A model generated the notes under the pieces. The model saw only the letters and a program-made list of their open reading frames with translations, made no database searches and was not told where the DNA came from. DNA of 20,000 nt from an uncultured virus (IMG/VR IMGVR_UViG_3300028564_000002). Its lineage: Duplodnaviria > Heunggongvirae > Uroviricota > Caudoviricetes. The translations under genes were made by a program, and so were the position numbers. Numbering within the stretch: position 1 is the first letter of the stretch; the number at the start of each line of letters is the position of its first letter. Positions 15,430 through 20,000 of the stretch are shown in pieces. Location of the stretch: IMG/VR virus record IMGVR_UViG_3300028564_000002. One strand, given 5' to 3'.

Positions 15430-16906
15430 AATGACCAAGCCAGAAAACCCCTAATCTTTAGATTAGGGGATGAATGGCTAATACACAATCCAACCTAAGT
15501 TGGCATAAATTGATTGTAATTTTAGTTATTTTAGTATATAATATACATATAGCAAATATTAAAGAAAGGAGGTTAATAAAGCATGGAATATGCAGTACAA
15601 AGTAATGTAATTCGTGGACTTACAAAAGAACAACATCAGATTTTAACAGAGTTGTGCCAATATTCAAATAATCTCTATAATGTAGCACTTTACAATATTA
15701 GACAGTATTTCTTTGCTCAAAATAAGTTTTTAACTTATGAAAGCAATTATCACGAATGTAAGGATAATGAAAATTACAGTTTACTACAAGCTGGTGTTGC
15801 ACAACAGACTATGAAAGTAGTAGACAGGTCTTTTAAGTCATTCTTTAACTTACTTAAAAAGTGCAAGCAAGGCGAATATCGTTACAATGATGTTAAGATT
15901 CCACACTATCGCAAGAAAGGTGGACTTTTTAACCTTGTGTTATCTACCAATGCTATTTCTATCAAAGATGGGTATTTCAAAATTCCTATGAGTAGAGAAT
16001 ATCGCAAACTTAAAAACTACAAAGACGATATTAAGATACCGTTTCCTAGTAGATTACAGGATAAAACTATTAAAGAAGTTCGTATATTGCCTTGTAGTAA
16101 TGGTAAGTATTTTAAGGTACAGTATGTCTATGTTGTAGAGCAAGAAATTAAGACTTTAGATAAGGATAAAGTTATGGCTATTGATATAGGAGTAGAAAAC
16201 CTTGCTACTTGTGTTTCCAATGTAATGACACCATTCATTATGGATGGTCGTAGGATTAAATCAATCAACCAGTATTGGAATAAGCAAATGGCAAAGTGTA
16301 AATCTATTGCTATGAAACAGCAAAAGACATCTAAAGTCACTACAAACCGTATTCAAAGACTTACTACTAAAAGAAATAATCAGGTTACTGACTGTATTAA
16401 GAAAACAGCTAGATATATTATCAATCAATGCCTTGCAAATAATATAGGAACTTTAATTGTGGGTTATAACAAAGATTTCAAGCGTTCTGTAAATATAGGA
16501 AAGCAGAATAATCAAAACTTTACACAATTACCATTTGGTAGTCTAAGAGAGCAATTACAATTCTTATGTTGGAAGTATGGTATTGAGTACATAGAAGTAG
16601 AAGAAAGTTATACATCAAAGAGTAGTTTTTTGGATAATGATGAATTACCAGAGTATAGACCAGAGCAACCATATACAAAAGGTTTTAGTGGTAAAAGAAT
16701 AAAAAGAGGGCTATACCAAAGTAAGAATGGTACAACTATCAATGCAGATGTAAATGGAGCATATAATATATTAAGAAAAGGTAAGCAGGACTTCACTTGT
16801 GAAGAACTGTCTAGTGGGCTATTGGCAAGTCCGTTACGAATAAGGTTGTCGTAAGGCAACAAACTTGGTAAGAATCCCCGATGCTTTAGCATCGTGGGAG
16901 TGTCAA
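15430..16906 (+). mobile_element. Non-autonomous IS200/IS605-family (IS1341-like) element carrying only tnpB
   Basis: Left hairpin CCCCTAATC-TTTA-GATTAGGGG (15448-15469); right hairpin CCCCGATGC-TTTA-GCATCGTGGG preceded by GAAT and ending in TCAA (16903-16906), as in IS608. Left boundary inferred just after TTTAT (15425-15429). Confidence 0.8.
15583..16854 (+). CDS. tnpB: RNA-guided endonuclease TnpB
   Basis: NLYNVAL, RuvC-I AIDIGVENLA, EESYTSK, RuvC-III NADVNGAYNI; AAGGAGG RBS. Confidence 0.93.
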   Translation: MEYAVQSNVIRGLTKEQHQILTELCQYSNNLYNVALYNIRQYFFAQNKFLTYESNYHECKDNENYSLLQAGVAQQTMKVVDRSFKSFFNLLKKCKQGEYRYNDVKIPHYRKKGGLFNLVLSTNAISIKDGYFKIPMSREYRKLKNYKDDIKIPFPSRLQDKTIKEVRILPCSNGKYFKVQYVYVVEQEIKTLDKDKVMAIDIGVENLATCVSNVMTPFIMDGRRIKSINQYWNKQMAKCKSIAMKQQKTSKVTTNRIQRLTTKRNNQVTDCIKKTARYIINQCLANNIGTLIVGYNKDFKRSVNIGKQNNQNFTQLPFGSLREQLQFLCWKYGIEYIEVEESYTSKSSFLDNDELPEYRPEQPYTKGFSGKRIKRGLYQSKNGTTINADVNGAYNILRKGKQDFTCEELSSGLLASPLRIRLS

Positions 16907-16920
16907 AGGGGAGAATACTT

Positions 16921-17697
16921 ATGGGAGGAGACATCAAATTTATAATTCAATCTGACAGTGGTTTATTTCCTGAGTCAGACATACTACGTAATGTAATACA
17001 TGAGACAGTAGGCTCAAGACCATGGAGTGTGTCTTATGAACAAATAGGGTTTGAGAAATTCAAAAGAGGACTATCTACAAACAGTGAAAGATATAAAAAT
17101 CACTTTCCATTCGGCAGCATAAACTTCGTAGAATATTGGTTAAAGCATTACTATAATAGGATTATGCAACCAATAGAAGTACCAAGCATACTGAGAACAG
17201 ATGAAATGCTAAAGAGAGATTATAAGATACTTACTAAAGATAAAATCCCACATCATGGGAGATATTTTATCAAGAATGTAAGTAGATTAAAGTCTGGTAG
17301 TTTTCTTGGTGACGCTGAAAAATGGCATATTGCATATAAGGGTGACTATGACGGCAATTCAATATTCTCTGTATCACCAGAAATAAACATACTATCAGAG
17401 TGGAGAGTATATGTAATAGACGGAGATATAGAGAACATATCTAATTATGACGGAAATACTTTGATATTCCCTGATATAAAGCTTGTAAATAAAATGGTTG
17501 AGCTTTTCAAGAGTACCGGACAAGCACCTAATAGCTTCAGTATTGACGTAGCTGTTACAGATAAGGGCACTGCAATTCTTGAAATACATCCTTTTGCAAG
17601 CTTAGGTTTATACCACACAATATGGGGATCAAACTTGATAAAAGCGTATGTAGACGGAATAAAATGGTATGTAAGTACAGATTACAAACTCCAATAA
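16921..17697 (+). CDS. ATP-grasp domain protein (DUF4343/R2K-like)
   Basis: YFIK, EWRVYV.DG, FSIDVA, ILEIHPF.SLGLY; ATG 16921 after GGGGAG (the track start at 16894 lies inside the IS end). Confidence 0.7.
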   Translation: MGGDIKFIIQSDSGLFPESDILRNVIHETVGSRPWSVSYEQIGFEKFKRGLSTNSERYKNHFPFGSINFVEYWLKHYYNRIMQPIEVPSILRTDEMLKRDYKILTKDKIPHHGRYFIKNVSRLKSGSFLGDAEKWHIAYKGDYDGNSIFSVSPEINILSEWRVYVIDGDIENISNYDGNTLIFPDIKLVNKMVELFKSTGQAPNSFSIDVAVTDKGTAILEIHPFASLGLYHTIWGSNLIKAYVDGIKWYVSTDYKLQ

Positions 17698-17704
17698 ATA
17701 CATA

Positions 17705-17761
17705 TGGATAATTATATACTACTTGTATAAATGATGATATACAGTAGCATATAATTATCCA
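17705..17761. repeat. Long AT-rich inverted repeat
   Basis: TGGATAATTATAT...TGTATA / TATACA...ATATAATTATCCA. Confidence 0.7.
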
Positions 17762-17949
17762 CATTTAAACCTACATAGGTATATAATGGGGTGTAATTTA
17801 AAAACAAATAGGTTTTTGAAAATTTAATACAGACAGACAACGGTGAAGATATGAAGAGTGGGAGAAACTGTGATTAAAGGATTATGCCGCTTGCAGCAAC
17901 TAAAGAAAGGATTTCGCGCCATCATTGCGAATACTTTGACGGCGAGTTT

Positions 17950-18013
17950 AAGATTCACACAGCAATCTATGTATTTTAAAATGGTCATAAGTTTAAAATA
18001 ACTATGAATCTTG
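17950..18013 (+). ncRNA. CACAGCAA stem RNA, copy 2, just 5' of the DUF2828 RBS
   Basis: AAGATTCA/TGAATCTT perfect stem, CACAGCAA, inner TATTTTAAA/TTTAAAATA hairpin. Confidence 0.6.
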
Positions 18014-18031
18014 TTTTCTTAAAGGAGGAAA

Positions 18032-19531
18032 ATGAATATGAGTAATTTTGCAAATTCATTCAGAGGTAACACAAATGTAACTTCCACAGAGAATGGTGCT
18101 AAGGTCTATTCTTCAACTGGTAATGCAGTTCTGAATCTCTTTGCCCGTATCGGTGGTATGCGTTCAGCTTCAGAAGCTGAGCTTAACAGAATGTATCTTG
18201 ATGCTCGTAATACCGACAAGGAACTTGCAGACAACATGATACTTTATGCTCGTGATATCCGCAACGGCGGTATTGGTGAGCGTAAGATTGCAAGAACTCT
18301 CTTGAAGACTCTTGCACTTAAGGACCCAGCAAAGGTAGGTCGTAACTTCGATACTATCGTAACTGCTGGTAGATGGGACGACTTGTTCGTTCTTGAAGGC
18401 ACTTCACTTGAGACTCAGGCTTTTGATTACATGAAGACACAGTTCCGTAAGGATATTGTTGACATGACTAACAAGCAGTCTATTTCTCTTCTTGCTAAGT
18501 GGCTTCCATCTCCAAACACATCTTCAAAGGAGACACGTAGACTTGCTCGCAAGGTTTACACTTACTTCGGTATAACTGAGAGAACATACAGAAAGACTCT
18601 TTCTGCTCTTAGAAAGTACCTTGATGTTGTCGAGAAGAAGATGTCTGCTAATAAGTTCGAGACAATCGACTATTCAGCAGTTCCATCTGTTGCTATGACA
18701 AGATACCGTTCAGCTTTTGGTCGTCACGACTTCGAGCGTTTTGACAAGTTCCTTAACGCTGTTGAGAAGGGTGAGACTAAGATAAATGCTGCAACATCTT
18801 ACCCATATGACCTTATTATGCCTTATATCAACCAGTGTGGTAGAGACTGGGGTTACTGGGGTTACAACAGAGTTGCAAATATTGATAAGACTCTTGAAGC
18901 ACAGTGGAAGGCACTTCCAAACTATGTCGAGGGTAACCACGATGTAATTGTAATGTCTGACGTATCTGGCTCTATGTTCTGCGAGGGTAATAGACCTATT
19001 GCTACATCCGTGGCACTTGGTATTTACTTTGCTGAGCGTAACAAGGGTGCTTATCAGAACCTTATGCTTACATTCACTGACGTTCCAAAGATGTTTGAGC
19101 TTGACCCAAACACTTCTGTTGCTTCTCGTGTAAACGAGGTTATGCAGAACGTTGGTTATCACACAAATCTTGACGGCGCATTTAGTGCTATCCTTCAGAC
19201 TGCCGTTCAGGCTGGCGAGGCTCCAAAGGCTCTCGTTGTAATCTCTGACGGCGAGATTGATAGATACTCATGCAATCCTGTTCTTGCAAGTAACATTGTA
19301 GAGAAGTGGACAGTCGAGTATGCTCGTAGAGGTCTTGTTGCTCCAAAGCTTATCATGTGGAACGTTGAGAGCCGCGGCTCCCGTTTCGTTGCTAAGTCTA
19401 ACAACCCTAACGTAGCATTTGTATCTGGTAGCTCAGCATCTACATTTAAGGAGCTTACAACTCTTATCAATGAAGATGCTATGACAGCTATGACTAAGAT
19501 ACTTACTAAGCCACAGTTCACATGGAAGTAA
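18032..19531 (+). CDS. DUF2828 / TROVE-like helical domain + vWA protein (Ro60-like architecture)
   Basis: TENGA..YSSTG..VLNLF, RDIR.GG.GER, GRWDDL, SLLAKWLPS, YRK.LS.LR, Y..VPS.AM, QW, vWA SDVSGSM, T and ISDGE, MWNV. Confidence 0.85.
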   Translation: MNMSNFANSFRGNTNVTSTENGAKVYSSTGNAVLNLFARIGGMRSASEAELNRMYLDARNTDKELADNMILYARDIRNGGIGERKIARTLLKTLALKDPAKVGRNFDTIVTAGRWDDLFVLEGTSLETQAFDYMKTQFRKDIVDMTNKQSISLLAKWLPSPNTSSKETRRLARKVYTYFGITERTYRKTLSALRKYLDVVEKKMSANKFETIDYSAVPSVAMTRYRSAFGRHDFERFDKFLNAVEKGETKINAATSYPYDLIMPYINQCGRDWGYWGYNRVANIDKTLEAQWKALPNYVEGNHDVIVMSDVSGSMFCEGNRPIATSVALGIYFAERNKGAYQNLMLTFTDVPKMFELDPNTSVASRVNEVMQNVGYHTNLDGAFSAILQTAVQAGEAPKALVVISDGEIDRYSCNPVLASNIVEKWTVEYARRGLVAPKLIMWNVESRGSRFVAKSNNPNVAFVSGSSASTFKELTTLINEDAMTAMTKILTKPQFTWK

Positions 19532-19659
19532 TTTCATGAAGAGGTTTAGCTTATGGTGGGGGTTATCGAAAGATACCCCTACGTCCCCGATTTAATCGGT
19601 TCAATTATTTTTAAGATAACAGCGGGTTAACTCGTAGATATATAAGGAGTGATTTTATT

Positions 19660-20000
19660 ATGGCAAAGTATATTTGTCCTGTATGTGGTAAGATTTGGTA
19701 TAACGTGAAAGATTTGGCTCAGTGCACGGCGGCAGACGCAAAGACAGAAGAGGTAAATCAGAAGGCAAGAGAGACTAAGTTGAGAGACAAGGAAAGACTT
19801 GCAACTTACAAGGCTGAACTTGATAAGGCTTATGCTGTTCTCAAGTCAAAGCTTGATGTATATAACAGTGCAGCAGCAGCTTATAATGGCAAGTATGAAG
19901 ATAAGGTAGCTACATATACAAGCACACTTACATCTAACTTTTCTTCTATCTTCAGCAACGGCTCTAAGACTAAGACTCAGACCCTGTATAACGGCGAAAT
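19660..20000 (+). CDS. Partial protein with N-terminal Zn-finger-like CPVCGK motif and coiled coil (runs off the window)
   Basis: AAGGAG RBS; MAKYICPVCGKIWYNVKDLAQC..., open to the window end. Confidence 0.75.
   Translation, partial: MAKYICPVCGKIWYNVKDLAQCTAADAKTEEVNQKARETKLRDKERLATYKAELDKAYAVLKSKLDVYNSAAAAYNGKYEDKVATYTSTLTSNFSSIFSNGSKTKTQTLYNGE

Noticed and set aside
14700..15580. CRISPR array next to the TnpB (Cas12f-like system)
   Set aside because: No regularly spaced direct repeats; the flanks are typical IS200/IS605 ends.

Overview
An AT-rich, essentially all plus-strand stretch of a large phage genome. Repeated TTGACT-17-TATAAT promoters, strong GGAGG RBSs and an HPr-like gene suggest a Bacillota/Clostridia-type host. 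The phage appears to read TAG as Gln (code 15): no well-supported gene ends in TAG, while in-frame TAGs interrupt a phosphoesterase-like gene, a membrane-anchored GIY-YIG gene, an ADP-ribosylglycohydrolase and a Cys-repeat homing endonuclease, so the supplied ORF track fragments or misses these. Other content: thyX with a LAGLIDADG intein; an RNA ligase whose C-terminus seems replaced by a homing-endonuclease cassette, leaving the old 3' end downstream; a vWA + adenylosuccinate-synthetase-like operon; a polynucleotide-kinase/HD gene with CCT-TAA-CCA inside its Walker A (candidate stop-hop); and an RNA cluster. The cluster holds tRNA-Leu(CAA), a tRNA-Gly-like RNA with a T-arm-like hairpin in its anticodon loop, pseudoknotted RNAs and a CACAGCAA stem RNA. 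It is followed by an IS200/IS605 tnpB-only element, an ATP-grasp gene and a DUF2828/TROVE-vWA (Ro60-like) gene with a second CACAGCAA RNA at its RBS. All calls are by-eye motif recognition; no searches were run.
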